A stretch of DNA of 64,000 nt, from the NCBI GenBank assembly GCA_050250255.1, contig JBFWOZ010000001.1:1-64000 (forward strand), written 5' to 3'. The position numbers and the translations under genes were made by a program. The notes under the pieces were generated by a model. That model did not search any database. It had not been told where the DNA came from and worked only from the letters and a program-made list of their open reading frames with translations. Positions 16,070 to 27,027 of the stretch are shown here, piece by piece (within the stretch, counting starts at the first letter, position 1; every line of letters starts with the position of its first letter). This stretch comes from Bdellovibrionales bacterium (GTDB lineage Bacteria; Bdellovibrionota; Bdellovibrionia; Bdellovibrionales; DASUEL01).

Positions 16070-17480
16070 TATTTATATCACATGGCCTATAGTTCGCGCG
16101 CTCGCGAGAAAGTACCCTGAGGCGAAAATCGATCTTGTGGTGCGCAAGCGTTTTGCGGAGGCCTGCGCGGGCCTCGAGTCGATTCATGAACTTCACATTC
16201 TTGAAACCGACAAAATTCTCGGTCCTTTGTTGGTAGATGATCTGGGATTGGAAGCAGTTAACGCCTCCAATCGGGAGTTCAGCAGTTTTGCAGATCGTCT
16301 TAGCCGCAACGCCTACGATCAGGTTATCAATTTAAGTTTTTCTCCGTTCTCAAGTTATCTCACCTCTTTGGTGACGGGAGAAAAAACGAGCGTATCAGGT
16401 TATACTCGCTATCAAGATGGATCCTTTTGTGTGGCGGATCCTGTAAGCCAATACTTTTATTCACAGATCGGCGTAGGATCTTATAACCGAATTCACCTTG
16501 TCGAACTTTTTTCAATGATTGCTGGTGTAGTTGTCGCTCCGGAAGATTGGCGGGCGCCTGATTATTTACCAGCCAAAGAGACTCAGCCGAACATTGTCAT
16601 TCATGTGGGTGCAAGTCAAAACGATAAAATGGTTCATCGAGATTCGTGGGTTAAAATCATCCACGCTCTTTCTCAAAACAGAAAATATAAAATTCTTCTT
16701 GTAGGAGCTAAGGCCGAAGCTAAAATAGCCTCTTCTATTGTGGAAATGCTTTCTCAGGGGAACATTGAAAATTTGGTGGGTAAAACAAGTTTGAAGGAGC
16801 TTTTTCAAATTATACAATCGGCGCAACTCGTTATCGGAGGCGACAGCTCTCCAATCCACGTTGCCCCACTCACAGAAACACCATGTCTTAATATTAGTTT
16901 TTCAAGTGTCAACTTTTGGGAAACTGGCCCTCGCTCTGCGAAGAGCCGTGTGCTCTACTTTCATACACCGCACGAGTTAGATACCACCGCGGTCGTGGAA
17001 GAGAGTTTTTCCTTACTTAACGATGAAGAACCAAGACAGGCGTCGGTGCGATCTTCAGATGCCAGCAGCTTTTATGAAGTACTTAGAGATGCAGATCATG
17101 AGTTTGAATGGTCGCTGCTTTTGGCTCTCTATTTTGGATCTTCTTTTCCCTCGTCACCCGATGCTTTATTTGTGAATAGTTTGATCAGGCTTCAGGAAGT
17201 CAGTCAGGTTGTACAGCAGCAGCTCGACATTTTAGAAAGAAATCCAGCGCAGAAAACAGCTCTTGGTATCATTGAGCGCCTGGACGAAGTAACAGAAAAA
17301 ATTGGGGAATTGGTTCCGTCTGCTCGAATTTTAACCAGATGGCTCATGGGTCATAAAATAAATATTCCTCCTGGTTCGCTCAATGATATTATTAATCAAA
17401 CGAGACAGCTCTACGCAAAACTAGACCAGGTTATTTCTAATTACACATCTGTTGCGAGAGAGACTCCCAAAAACATTTGA
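16032..17480 (+). CDS. glycosyltransferase family 9 with C-terminal extension
   Basis: ILLIQLARLGD; IHVGAS; NLVGKTSL; GGDSSPIHVA. Confidence 0.88.
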   Translation: MRILLIQLARLGDIYITWPIVRALARKYPEAKIDLVVRKRFAEACAGLESIHELHILETDKILGPLLVDDLGLEAVNASNREFSSFADRLSRNAYDQVINLSFSPFSSYLTSLVTGEKTSVSGYTRYQDGSFCVADPVSQYFYSQIGVGSYNRIHLVELFSMIAGVVVAPEDWRAPDYLPAKETQPNIVIHVGASQNDKMVHRDSWVKIIHALSQNRKYKILLVGAKAEAKIASSIVEMLSQGNIENLVGKTSLKELFQIIQSAQLVIGGDSSPIHVAPLTETPCLNISFSSVNFWETGPRSAKSRVLYFHTPHELDTTAVVEESFSLLNDEEPRQASVRSSDASSFYEVLRDADHEFEWSLLLALYFGSSFPSSPDALFVNSLIRLQEVSQVVQQQLDILERNPAQKTALGIIERLDEVTEKIGELVPSARILTRWLMGHKINIPPGSLNDIINQTRQLYAKLDQVISNYTSVARETPKNI

Positions 17481-17483
17481 GGT

Positions 17484-18149
17484 GTGGGTATGAACGAAAA
17501 TTATTTGTCAGCTCAACAAATCTCCGAAGGCTACTCCCAGTACGAGAATCTTGGAGATCTGATCACGAACATAGAACTCGCGGCGCAAGCACAGGGCCAA
17601 GTTGTATGTGAGGTGAAGGTGGATGGGCTCTTGTTAACAGAAGAAGATGAAAAACGTTTTCGAAATACGTCATTAAACGGAATCAAAAATATCAGTTACA
17701 AAACTCAAGAAATTCAAAATTTGGTAAAAGAATCTATTGTCTCAGTGTTGCAGTATCTCGCACGCTTAACGGAGACCGCCATCGTGACCTCTGAAAAACT
17801 AAGACTTGGTCAATGGGACGAAGCCTACTCTACGCTCAATGCTGTAGTTAGTGGAACTGAGTGGGTGGTGGACATGCTCAGTCAAATTCGCATCGTGGAT
17901 AAAAAAGCTCAAGCTTTAGACTTGGATTGGCAAGCGCTTGACGATGAGTTTTTAAAGACAACTCGAAGCTTATTAGAAGCATTCGAGAAAGCGGACTACG
18001 TTTTGGTAGCAGATTTATTAGAATATGACTGGAGTAACTCATTGGAGAAATGGTTGAGTTTAGTGAATAGGCTTGCTAGCTTACATACAGAAACTCATGA
18101 ATTCATCAATCCAGAGCAAAAACCAACAATCGAAGCCGACCTCAAATAG
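17484..18149 (+). CDS. hypothetical flagellar-locus protein
   Basis: C-terminal DYVLVADLLEYD helical motif typical of flagellin-modification loci. Confidence 0.55.
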   Translation: MGMNENYLSAQQISEGYSQYENLGDLITNIELAAQAQGQVVCEVKVDGLLLTEEDEKRFRNTSLNGIKNISYKTQEIQNLVKESIVSVLQYLARLTETAIVTSEKLRLGQWDEAYSTLNAVVSGTEWVVDMLSQIRIVDKKAQALDLDWQALDDEFLKTTRSLLEAFEKADYVLVADLLEYDWSNSLEKWLSLVNRLASLHTETHEFINPEQKPTIEADLK

Positions 18150-20145
18150 CGCTATAGAGTCACGCGCTGAGATTCAGCATAGAATCCTTTTTTTTGGTGT
18201 GCAAGCCAGCTTGCGGGAGTCTTTGCTCGCTTCCAAAAAATGGCTTGTCGATTTGACGGATGATTTAAGCGAAGTCCGAAATAAACTTTCAAGTGAGAAG
18301 TATGATCTTCTCGTTTTTGACTCTCAATTGTTTGATAAAATTTATTCGCTCGACAGATTTCTGATGGATTATAAATCTCTTCAAAAAATTGTTCTCGCTC
18401 GACCCAAGGATATAGAAAAATTTAAACAATGGCAGGAAGAATATAGCATTCAAAGATTTGTTGTATCTCCCATTGATTTTCTACAGCTGGGGGAAGCTAT
18501 TCTTCAGGTGCTAACGCGAGTTCGATTAAAGGATGGGCAGCGCGATTTTTTAAGAGAAATTGATTTTAAAAACCGTGAGCTAGAGCAACTTACGGACGGG
18601 TTAGAGATCAGTGTGCAGCAGCGTACTCAGAGCGCAAAAGATTCTAAGCAAGAAGCCGAATTGAAGCAAAAGAAGGCTCGTAATCTTATTTATTTTATCA
18701 AAGATTTGGGCCGAGCAGAATCTAACGAAGAGATTTTTTTACTTTTACAAAAGGATCTCAGACAGCATTTAGGAATTAAAGATTTGATTATGGGTTTGAG
18801 AGGACTCGATGGCTCTTCACAGTTGTACTACATTCAGGGGCAAACAATACATCATTTGACTCCTCAGAAGAGTTGGCCTCTCATTAAGTCCATTCAACCA
18901 CACTCCTCAGAGATCCAAAAGTATTTAGCAGAAGAACTTGGTCGTCCGGTGGCATCAGTTCTTTACATGCCTTTTTTACTCACACCCTCTCAGCCCGCTT
19001 CATTGCCATTTTTGGCTTTGGAGCATGGCTTTAAAAATGAACAGGTGCATGAACTTATGGAGTTTGTGACGGAACGTTTTCAAGCGGTGGCCATTGCCGT
19101 CGATCGAGTGGCCATGACTCTTTCTTTAAGAGACTCCGCTCTGCAGTGGGAAAAAACATTTGATGCGCTCCACGAGCCGGTGAACATTGTGGATACATCT
19201 TACCAGTTGCTTCGAAGTAATAGTTTCTTCTCTGAAGAATTAAGCGATGGAGCTTGTTATAAAATTTTTCAAAATCAAAATCGACCCTGTTTTGGTTGTC
19301 CCATGGAAGAAGCCATGAAGACCGGAGAATCCAAAATAGGAGAAATACGTAGAGGGGAGAGAATTTTTCGAGTCAATTCTTACCCGATCAAAATTCCTGG
19401 CTCGCTTTACACGAACACTGTTGTAAATCATTATTTGGATGTTACTGAAGATAAAAAGCTCTATTCTCGCATGATTCAGAGTGAAAAAATGGCAGCGTTG
19501 GGAATTATGGCTGGTCACATAGCTCATGAGCTCAATAACCCGCTGACGGGGCTCCGGTCACTTTCTCAAATTTTGCAGACCGAAATTAAAGAGAATCAAA
19601 ATCTCGTGAGTGATCTCTCAGAAATCGAAAAAGCGGCAGTCCGATGTCAGATTATCATCAAAAATCTTTTAGATTTTTCAAGTTTAGGCGATTCTTTTGA
19701 GGAAAAAGAAGCTTCTCTTAATCAATTAGTCCAACACACAATTCCGATGATTAAAACGGCATTACGCATTCATCGTTTTGATATGGATTTAACGGAAAAC
19801 GAAAAGCCTATATTTGTGAATGCCCATCTTTTACAGCAAGTTATTTTTAATCTTGTGAATAATGCCTGTCAGGCGATGAAAGACTCAGGAGAGTTAAGTA
19901 TCTCTACGCGATTAGATCAGGACTTCATGGAGCTTTATGTCTCAGACACGGGAACGGGCATTCCTGAGCCTATACGAGAGAGAATCTTTGATCCATTTTT
20001 TACGACGAAGCCCGAGGGAGTAGGCACGGGCTTAGGGTTAAGCATGAGTCGTTCTGTTGTTGAAAGTTTTGAAGGAACGCTCACTCTTGTGAAGAGTGAT
20101 CTTACGGGCTCCACATTTCTTGTGCGTTTGCCGGTGAAACTATGA
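18097..20145 (+). CDS. NtrB-like sensor histidine kinase with PAS domain
   Basis: AHELNNPL H-box, [26 protein letters not shown]. Confidence 0.93.
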   Translation: MNSSIQSKNQQSKPTSNSAIESRAEIQHRILFFGVQASLRESLLASKKWLVDLTDDLSEVRNKLSSEKYDLLVFDSQLFDKIYSLDRFLMDYKSLQKIVLARPKDIEKFKQWQEEYSIQRFVVSPIDFLQLGEAILQVLTRVRLKDGQRDFLREIDFKNRELEQLTDGLEISVQQRTQSAKDSKQEAELKQKKARNLIYFIKDLGRAESNEEIFLLLQKDLRQHLGIKDLIMGLRGLDGSSQLYYIQGQTIHHLTPQKSWPLIKSIQPHSSEIQKYLAEELGRPVASVLYMPFLLTPSQPASLPFLALEHGFKNEQVHELMEFVTERFQAVAIAVDRVAMTLSLRDSALQWEKTFDALHEPVNIVDTSYQLLRSNSFFSEELSDGACYKIFQNQNRPCFGCPMEEAMKTGESKIGEIRRGERIFRVNSYPIKIPGSLYTNTVVNHYLDVTEDKKLYSRMIQSEKMAALGIMAGHIAHELNNPLTGLRSLSQILQTEIKENQNLVSDLSEIEKAAVRCQIIIKNLLDFSSLGDSFEEKEASLNQLVQHTIPMIKTALRIHRFDMDLTENEKPIFVNAHLLQQVIFNLVNNACQAMKDSGELSISTRLDQDFMELYVSDTGTGIPEPIRERIFDPFFTTKPEGVGTGLGLSMSRSVVESFEGTLTLVKSDLTGSTFLVRLPVKL

Positions 20146-20501
20146 AAGTTTTAGTTGTGGACGATGAGTCTATTATTCGTCGAGCGTTGGGCCGAGCTCT
20201 GCAGTCACGAGGACATCAAGTTTTGGAAGCAAGCGACGGCGAAGCAGGGAAAAAAATATGGCTAGAGGAAAGTCCAGATGTGGTTTTTTTGGATATTCTG
20301 ATGCCTGGTCTCAGTGGTTTACAAGTGCTCGCAGAAGTAAGAAAATCAAATAAGGCAAAGGTGATTCTCATGTCCGCATATACTGGCCATGGGAGTAAAG
20401 AAGAGGCTCTTCAAGACGGGGCAGATCTTTTTATAAAAAAACCTTTCCAAGATATTTTTGAAATGGTTCGGGTGGCCGAAAATTTAGTTGGTTCTTCATG
20501 A
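20142..20501 (+). CDS. single-domain response regulator
   Basis: VLVVDDE, LDILMPG, IKKPF. Confidence 0.93.
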   Translation: MKVLVVDDESIIRRALGRALQSRGHQVLEASDGEAGKKIWLEESPDVVFLDILMPGLSGLQVLAEVRKSNKAKVILMSAYTGHGSKEEALQDGADLFIKKPFQDIFEMVRVAENLVGSS

Positions 20502-21061
20502 GAATAATATCTGGAAAATTTGGAGGTCGTAGGCTGGTTTCTTTTCAAGCCGACCATATTCGTCCTACCACTGATCGCGTCAAAGAAAGTCTCTTTAATA
20601 TTCTGAGAGATGCTTGCGAAGAGGCTCGCGTACTCGATCTCTTTGCAGGTACGGGCAACCTCTCTATTGAGGCCTTGTCTCGAGGCGCTCGCTCGGTAGA
20701 AGCGGTGGAATTAAATCAAAAAAGTATCGATATCATTAAAAAGAATCTAGAGCTTTTAAAGATCACGGAGATACAAGTTATTAAAAAAGACGTGTTTTCT
20801 TATCTCAAAAAGTATGTCGGTGAAGGATTTGATCTCATTTTTGTTGACCCGCCTTTTACGGAAAAATTGGCCCATGATGTGATGTTGCAAATGTCGGAAA
20901 GCCAAGTTTTTCGACCTCACACGCACATTGCCATAGAGTCTGCCAGGAAAGAACGTATTGAGGACGAGTACGGAAACCTTGTTTGCATTGACAGAAGAGA
21001 GTTCGGTGATAAAATTCTCTCATTCTTTCAACAAAGGCTTGATGAGAAAGGGTCTGTATGA
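20498..21061 (+). CDS. rsmD: 16S rRNA m2G966 methyltransferase
   Basis: MRIISGK..RPTTDRVKESLF; LDLFAGTG; DPPF. Confidence 0.95.
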   Translation: MRIISGKFGGRRLVSFQADHIRPTTDRVKESLFNILRDACEEARVLDLFAGTGNLSIEALSRGARSVEAVELNQKSIDIIKKNLELLKITEIQVIKKDVFSYLKKYVGEGFDLIFVDPPFTEKLAHDVMLQMSESQVFRPHTHIAIESARKERIEDEYGNLVCIDRREFGDKILSFFQQRLDEKGSV

Positions 21062-21540
21062 AAAATGCCGTTTATCCTGGCAGTTTTGATCCTCTCACGA
21101 ACGGGCACTTAGACATTATCGAAAGAGCTTCAAATTATTTTGATTCACTCGTGGTACTTGTTGCTCAATCAGAAAATAAAAAATATTTGTTCTCTTCTGA
21201 AGAGCGCGTCTCTATGGCCAAATCGTGCTTAAAGAAATTGAAGAATGTCAAAGTAGACAGCTGGGATGGCCTCACGGTTGAATATATGAAGAAAAATAAA
21301 ATCTCTCTGATTTTAAGAGGCCTGCGAAGTACCTCAGATTTTGATCAAGAATGGATGATTGCGCAGACAAATAAAACATTAAACAGTCAGATTGAAACGA
21401 TGTTTATGTGTTCTCGCCCTGAGAATAACTTCATTGCCTCCCGGATTGTGAAAGAAGTTGCTCTGAATAAAGGTAAACTTGATGCATTAGTTCCACCACT
21501 GATCGTAAAAAAGCTTCGCGAAAAATTGGGGGCTTCATGA
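21058..21540 (+). CDS. coaD: phosphopantetheine adenylyltransferase
   Basis: YPGSFDPLTNGHLD; LRGLR. Confidence 0.97.
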   Translation: MKNAVYPGSFDPLTNGHLDIIERASNYFDSLVVLVAQSENKKYLFSSEERVSMAKSCLKKLKNVKVDSWDGLTVEYMKKNKISLILRGLRSTSDFDQEWMIAQTNKTLNSQIETMFMCSRPENNFIASRIVKEVALNKGKLDALVPPLIVKKLREKLGAS

Positions 21541-22733
21541 TTTCAGAAAGAGTCAAAAAAATAAAATCTTCTCCAACTCTCGCTTTGGCGGCACAGGCCC
21601 AAGAGATGATTGCAAAGGGAGAAGATGTGATTTCTCTCTCGGTCGGTGAGCCTGACTGGAATACGTTAAGTGATGCCATCGAGGGAGCGATTGAAGCGAT
21701 TCATCAAGGAAAAACAAAATACGCTCCTTCAAATGGCTATCCATCTTTGCGTAAGGCCATTGCTAAACAATTCAAAGATGATTTCGGTTTAGAGTTTAGT
21801 GCCGATGAAGTGACAGTTTCTGCAGGCGGAAAATTTATTTTGTACAGTGCTTTACAGAGCATCTGTAATCCTGGCGACGAAGTCCTTGTTCTCGCTCCTT
21901 ATTGGGTGAGTTATCCTACGATGATTGAAATGTCGGAAGGTGTTCCGAAGTTTTGTATTTGTGAAGAAAAAAACGGGTTTAAACCTACGGCGCAAGACTT
22001 AAAAAATGCGCTCACATCAAAAACAAAAGCCCTCATTCTTAATTTTCCTTCGAATCCTACAGGTGCTTCTCTCAACCGAAAAGAGTTAGAAGATATCGTG
22101 CAAGTCGTTGAGCAGTTTCCTAATCTCATCGTGATTACGGATGATATTTATAACCGGCTCATTTTTGATGGCAGCAGAGTAGCACCGCATATTCTCCAAA
22201 TTGCTCCTCAGCTGCGTTCACGTACAATCATTGTGAATGGAGCTTCAAAAAGTTATTCGATGACGGGATGGCGTGTGGGCTGGGCTCTCGGACCCAAGGA
22301 AGTCATTCAGGCCATGACAAAACTTCAAAGCCAAACGGTTTCTGCCGCCGCTTCGTTTTCGATGTTGGGTGTGCAGAGAGTTATGGAGAATGGCGAACAA
22401 GGTTTGTCGAAAAAAGTAGCACTGCTCAAAAGTCGATGTTCTAAGGCGGTAGCGCAAATTCGCGCCATCAAGGGCTTGAGCGTTGTGGAACCTGAAGGCG
22501 CTTTTTATCTTTGGGTGAACATTAAAGATGTTTTGAATAAAAAGTCTCAAGGCGAAGCCATCGGCACTTCTTCGAAGTTTTCTCAACTTCTTTTGGCGCA
22601 AGAGAAGGTGGCCGTTGTTCCCGGTATCGAGTTTGGGATGGAAGGTTACTTCCGGATGTCTTTTGCGCTCGATGAACAAAGAATTCTTGAAGCGATCACG
22701 CGTCTTTCCCACTTTGTCGGTGGACTTAGTTAG
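21537..22733 (+). CDS. PLP-dependent class I aminotransferase (aspartate aminotransferase-like)
   Basis: GEPD, PSNPTG, DDIY, SKSYSMTGWRVG. Confidence 0.93.
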   Translation: MISERVKKIKSSPTLALAAQAQEMIAKGEDVISLSVGEPDWNTLSDAIEGAIEAIHQGKTKYAPSNGYPSLRKAIAKQFKDDFGLEFSADEVTVSAGGKFILYSALQSICNPGDEVLVLAPYWVSYPTMIEMSEGVPKFCICEEKNGFKPTAQDLKNALTSKTKALILNFPSNPTGASLNRKELEDIVQVVEQFPNLIVITDDIYNRLIFDGSRVAPHILQIAPQLRSRTIIVNGASKSYSMTGWRVGWALGPKEVIQAMTKLQSQTVSAAASFSMLGVQRVMENGEQGLSKKVALLKSRCSKAVAQIRAIKGLSVVEPEGAFYLWVNIKDVLNKKSQGEAIGTSSKFSQLLLAQEKVAVVPGIEFGMEGYFRMSFALDEQRILEAITRLSHFVGGLS

Positions 22734-22982
22734 AGAGCATTATCAGTCAGCCATGCTTGGCGATCTTTGCGACGATCGTTTGTGATGGTTATTGGGGCAG
22801 TGAGGACTGGAAAGATCAAAAGGTCAGCGCATACATAGCCAAGGATATGATCTGATCACTATTGGTTTAACTACCAACGCAATGTCCAAGCGCCACAACG
22901 GTACTTTGCGTTGTTCTGACAGTAAGTCGTGAAGTCAGTGCATTTTGGATTGTCTTTTGCCATTTTCAAGAGTGGTTGATAG

Positions 22983-23657
22983 TCAACGTTTCGAAAGAAT
23001 TTGTTCCACTGCTATTTTTAGACTCTCTAAGGAAGATTCAGAATATAGAAGAGCATTTAGACGTCTTATATCATAATCGCTAATACGCTTTTTATTTATA
23101 GAATCTCTGAAGATAACTTGATTGAAAGCAAGGTGAGAAAAAAGAGCTGCTTGATCAAGGATGGTCATTCTTATGTTTATATCTTCTGTTCCAAAAACGA
23201 CAAGATTATCCTTAAGGTCTTTTGACGTTATTCTGCCTTTGCGTAGATCAAGCATAGGGGGAATTGAATCTCCCTTGGGTAAGTCTGTATATTCAATTGC
23301 GAATACGGCACGATTTTTTTCCAGATAATTTCTATAGGATTGGATTGCTTCTTGTACCTCTACCCCAAACCTGGGATTAACTGATTGAAGTTTGCGTATG
23401 GCAATATCCAAGTAGTTTTCTGTAGAAAAATTATTGTTAATAGTAAAAGAATGATTTGCCTGCTTGGCTTCCCATATGTCTAAAAGAAAAACTGATTTTA
23501 AATCTTGAAGTGTACCTGAAGTAACAAGGTTAAAAACAGAGTAATCAGAAAGACCAGCTATCGATCTTTGCATGGATTTGTTTCCAACTATCTTAGTAGG
23601 CGAAGTTGCACAGCTTGCTATTAATACGAATAAAAATAAATGCGTTAAATTTCTCAT
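22983..23657 (-). CDS. AT-rich hypothetical lipoprotein
   Basis: Lipobox IASC after a hydrophobic stretch; AT-rich compared with neighbours. Confidence 0.55.
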   Translation of the reverse strand: MRNLTHLFLFVLIASCATSPTKIVGNKSMQRSIAGLSDYSVFNLVTSGTLQDLKSVFLLDIWEAKQANHSFTINNNFSTENYLDIAIRKLQSVNPRFGVEVQEAIQSYRNYLEKNRAVFAIEYTDLPKGDSIPPMLDLRKGRITSKDLKDNLVVFGTEDINIRMTILDQAALFSHLAFNQVIFRDSINKKRISDYDIRRLNALLYSESSLESLKIAVEQILSKR

Positions 23658-23897
23658 ATATTTATTATCGGAATTATAGACCGGTTTATTCAACAGGACT
23701 TCGGTCCTAAGCCAAACGGTTTATGGTCTCGGTGTAACCAGCAAAACGTTGAATAAAAGTGTACGGCTCTCTGGCGTCTTAATAAGCCGAGTCCCTTTGT
23801 GACCGAATCTCCAGACCTAGGGCTAGGCTTTTTTGCTCTCATTTTAGTTCCCTCATCGACTTTGGTAGAATAAATCAAGAACGGAAACGAGGTATCC

Positions 23898-24740
23898 ATG
23901 TCCGCTTGGCTTATATTTTTTCAAATGGTTGTGAACATTGGTTTATTACTGGGTCTTTTCCTCATTTGGGCACGCACCACAAGACCACCGAAAGAAGACG
24001 CTCGTCTTAGCAAAGGTTTGCAGTTACTTCAGAGCAAAATTTCTATTTTAGAAGATCTTTCTGACCGAACCGACGTGCAAGTTCGTCAATTGACCGCTCT
24101 TCTTGCAAGCAAAGTGGTCGAGGTCCAACAGAAAATCAACGAATCTGATCGCCAAATCGTCGCCATCGAAAAAAGTATGGAAAAGAGTCTCGAGGTTTCA
24201 AAAATTTTCCAAGACAAAATTCCTCATCGTGAAATCATCGAGCGTGAAAATTCTTATAAATACATTGAAGCCGCACGTATGGCTCATAAAGGTGTGACGG
24301 CAGACCAAATTTCTCAGCAGCTTGCTATTCCTCAGGCCGAAGCTCAAATCATTGTAAATATGAATCGCGATCGACTGATTGTCAGTGATAGCGAAATTCC
24401 ACCTTGGGCTCAGGCTTTGATAAATCCAGAAACTTCAGCTCCCACTCCACCAATGCCTACTACGCCAAGTTCCTCTTCTTTTTCGACGGCCTCTTTTGTC
24501 CAAGATTTTCCGGTTTCCCCTTTGAAGAATTTGGGCGAAGTCGAGCAGATGATTGCTGAGCAGCCCTTCGTAGATATTGGAAATCAAGAAGGCCAGCCGC
24601 TTCCTCCAACACCGAATATGGTGGTACCACCAGCTCCCCCGGAGCCTCGGCATTTTTTGCAGACGCAAAAAAACAAGACGCCACAAATCACTCCTTACGA
24701 GTTTCCAAAGATTAATCCCGCTGACAAAAAATATATATGA
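23898..24740 (+). CDS. membrane-anchored coiled-coil protein (DUF2802-like)
   Basis: N-terminal TM, coiled coil, KYIEAARMAHKG..ISQQL..PQAEAQII HTH-like segment, Pro-rich tail. Confidence 0.6.
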   Translation: MSAWLIFFQMVVNIGLLLGLFLIWARTTRPPKEDARLSKGLQLLQSKISILEDLSDRTDVQVRQLTALLASKVVEVQQKINESDRQIVAIEKSMEKSLEVSKIFQDKIPHREIIERENSYKYIEAARMAHKGVTADQISQQLAIPQAEAQIIVNMNRDRLIVSDSEIPPWAQALINPETSAPTPPMPTTPSSSSFSTASFVQDFPVSPLKNLGEVEQMIAEQPFVDIGNQEGQPLPPTPNMVVPPAPPEPRHFLQTQKNKTPQITPYEFPKINPADKKYI

Positions 24741-24976
24741 TTTCGAAAAAGATACGTTTCGAGGTTGGTCAAACCGTTCAAGCAACAATTGAACGCGTGA
24801 TCGACCAGGAACGTGTCATGGCCAACATCCTGGGGCACTTTTTTGTTATTTCCAATCAGTCGAATGAAATTTTTAAAGCGGGGGAGATGATTTCTCTCTA
24901 TGTGGAATCGGCAGACCCTGTTCGACTAAAAATCGCGAAGAAAAAAGACACTCGACACATCGATTATAACGTTTAA
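24737..24976 (+). CDS. small hypothetical protein
   Basis: Translationally coupled (ATGA overlap). Confidence 0.6.
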   Translation: MISKKIRFEVGQTVQATIERVIDQERVMANILGHFFVISNQSNEIFKAGEMISLYVESADPVRLKIAKKKDTRHIDYNV

Positions 24977-24985
24977 GATATTTCC

Positions 24986-25348
24986 ATGAGTAAAAACACC
25001 CGTCTGGTGTACTCCACAAATCATGTGGAGAACATTCCCTGTCCAAAATGCAAAGAATTAAAGTCAGAGTGTATATGTGAGCCAGAGGTGGAACTGAAGT
25101 CTTACAAATTCGTAGCCATCCTACGCATGGAAAAATCCGGTCGCGGCGGTAAAACGGTGACCGTGATTGATCAACTCCCAAAGAATGAAATTTTCTTAAA
25201 AGAACTCACAACAGAATTAAAAAAGAAGTGCGGATCCGGAGGCACTTACATTATGTCTGGTAAAGAGGGTGTCATCGAAATTCAAGGGGACAAACGAGAA
25301 ATGATTCGCAGCCTTTTGCAAAAGAAAAACATGAAGGTCAAAGGCTGA
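24986..25348 (+). CDS. yciH: SUI1/YciH family translation factor
   Basis: RLVYST, GRGGKTVTVI, LKKKCGSGGT, IEIQGD. Confidence 0.92.
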   Translation: MSKNTRLVYSTNHVENIPCPKCKELKSECICEPEVELKSYKFVAILRMEKSGRGGKTVTVIDQLPKNEIFLKELTTELKKKCGSGGTYIMSGKEGVIEIQGDKREMIRSLLQKKNMKVKG

Positions 25349-26212
25349 TTAAGCCTCTAAAATGAAATCCCAACGAATTTTTATAAGTCCATCGGCATCG
25401 ATGATGCCCTTAGGTGGATTAGGAAAAGGGGCTGCTTGTCGGAAAGCTTCAATCGCCGCATCGTCGAGATCGCGCACACCGGATTCCCCAATCACTTGAA
25501 CTTTTACGAGAATTCCTTTTTGATCGAGTGTGATCACCACTTTTGTGACGCGATCTTCATCAGAGGCAATATTACGACCTTGATCAAAAATCTTTTTCAT
25601 TTTGTCTTTGATTCGAGGTTCCCAGTATTGCTTAAGCTGAGCGCGGATACGGTTGTAGTAAGAGTAATAAAGGAACTCACGAGTGCTAAGAAGCGTCTGC
25701 GCACTGACCGCAACATCTTTTAAGTAGTCATCGGTTTTGCTCGCTGTCTGACGTTTTGAGCCTTGCGAATTCTCATTCACTTTTTCCCAATCAAAATTCG
25801 GCTTTAACGCCTGTAGGATTGGCATACCATTTAATGTTTTGTCTTTTAAGTCGAGGCCTTTACCTACTTTGGATTTTGGCTTGGCTTGCTTTTGTGGGGT
25901 CTCTTTAGCGTCCACGAGGTCGGCTTGATTTGTAAATTCACCCGATTTTGCCGCACGAGTCTCTTTCACGACTTTTTGATTATGTTCGCCCATGAACTTT
26001 GCATGTTCAGGAATTTCGTCATTGAGAGGCTTTGAGTTTTGCTGAACGATCTGTCGTCTTTGCTTTTGAATGGGCTTAGATTCTTCGAAAGTGACTTCGA
26101 TGTATTCCTTTTTCTCTTCTTTCGTACGCTCTTTCAAAGTCAACATCAGGACGGTCCCGAAGTGAATAAGAAGCGAGAGAATTATGCTGATGCGAAAAAG
26201 GTTACGAAACAT
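25349..26212 (-). CDS. TonB-family energy transducer
   Basis: N-terminal TM with SxxxH; C-terminal SGVRDLDDAAIEAFRQAAPFPNPP. Confidence 0.85.
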   Translation of the reverse strand: MFRNLFRISIILSLLIHFGTVLMLTLKERTKEEKKEYIEVTFEESKPIQKQRRQIVQQNSKPLNDEIPEHAKFMGEHNQKVVKETRAAKSGEFTNQADLVDAKETPQKQAKPKSKVGKGLDLKDKTLNGMPILQALKPNFDWEKVNENSQGSKRQTASKTDDYLKDVAVSAQTLLSTREFLYYSYYNRIRAQLKQYWEPRIKDKMKKIFDQGRNIASDEDRVTKVVITLDQKGILVKVQVIGESGVRDLDDAAIEAFRQAAPFPNPPKGIIDADGLIKIRWDFILEA

Positions 26213-26230
26213 CTTGTCTCCTATTGATAC

Positions 26231-26257
26231 TTATCGGCTCAAAGGCCGATTCTTTAA
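26231..26257 (-). promoter_or_regulatory. sigma28-like promoter of the TonB-family gene
   Basis: Minus strand TTAA-N15-GCCGATAA (perfect -10). Confidence 0.65.
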
Positions 26258-26301
26258 GGGATTTCTTGAGAAAGTTTCCACCTCATGTGTATGATTTATT
26301 T

Positions 26302-27027
26302 ATGCAAGTAGAGGTATGGTCTAAGACTGATGTCGGGCTTAAAAGAGAGAGCAACCAGGACGCTTTTTTAGCCAATCAAGATTTGGGTTTATATATTGTC
26401 GCTGACGGTATGGGCGGCCATCGCGGTGGCGAAGTGGCTTCGGCAATGGCGATTGATGCGACTCAAAGAACGATTGCAGAAACTTTGCAGTCGAGTGAGC
26501 CATTTCAACCCCATCAGGCTATAAGTCGAGCTTATAAAAAAGCGACCCAAGAAATTTTTGAAAGAGGCGTGAAAGATCCCAATCTCCGAGGCATGGCGAC
26601 GACGATGGTTCTTGCTCTGAAGGTAGGAAATAAGTTGGTTGTTGGAAACGTGGGAGATTCTCGGGCTTATTTGATTGCAGCACCAGGCTGTTGGCAGATG
26701 TCAGAAGACCACTCTTTGTTTAATGAACAACTGAAGGCGGGTTTGATACGCGATACCAACAAAGAAAATTTTGAAGGAAAAAACATCATTACTCGAAGTG
26801 TTGGATTTGAGCATGACGTCACCTGCGACATTATTGAGCGGGAAATGCAGCCTGGAGAAATGCTGCTCCTATGCTCAGATGGATTATCTGGTTTAATCTC
26901 TGACCAAAGTATGGCAACAATTTGTCTGACAATGAGGCCTGATCGCGCTGTCGATCGCCTCATTGAAGAGGCAAAAAAAGCGGGTGGAGATGACAACATC
27001 ACCGTGGTTTTGATCCGAGTCAGCTGA
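26302..27027 (+). CDS. PP2C-family Ser/Thr phosphatase
   Basis: TDVGLKRESNQD, VADGMGGH, NVGDSR, CSDGL, GGDDNIT. Confidence 0.95.
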   Translation: MQVEVWSKTDVGLKRESNQDAFLANQDLGLYIVADGMGGHRGGEVASAMAIDATQRTIAETLQSSEPFQPHQAISRAYKKATQEIFERGVKDPNLRGMATTMVLALKVGNKLVVGNVGDSRAYLIAAPGCWQMSEDHSLFNEQLKAGLIRDTNKENFEGKNIITRSVGFEHDVTCDIIEREMQPGEMLLLCSDGLSGLISDQSMATICLTMRPDRAVDRLIEEAKKAGGDDNITVVLIRVS

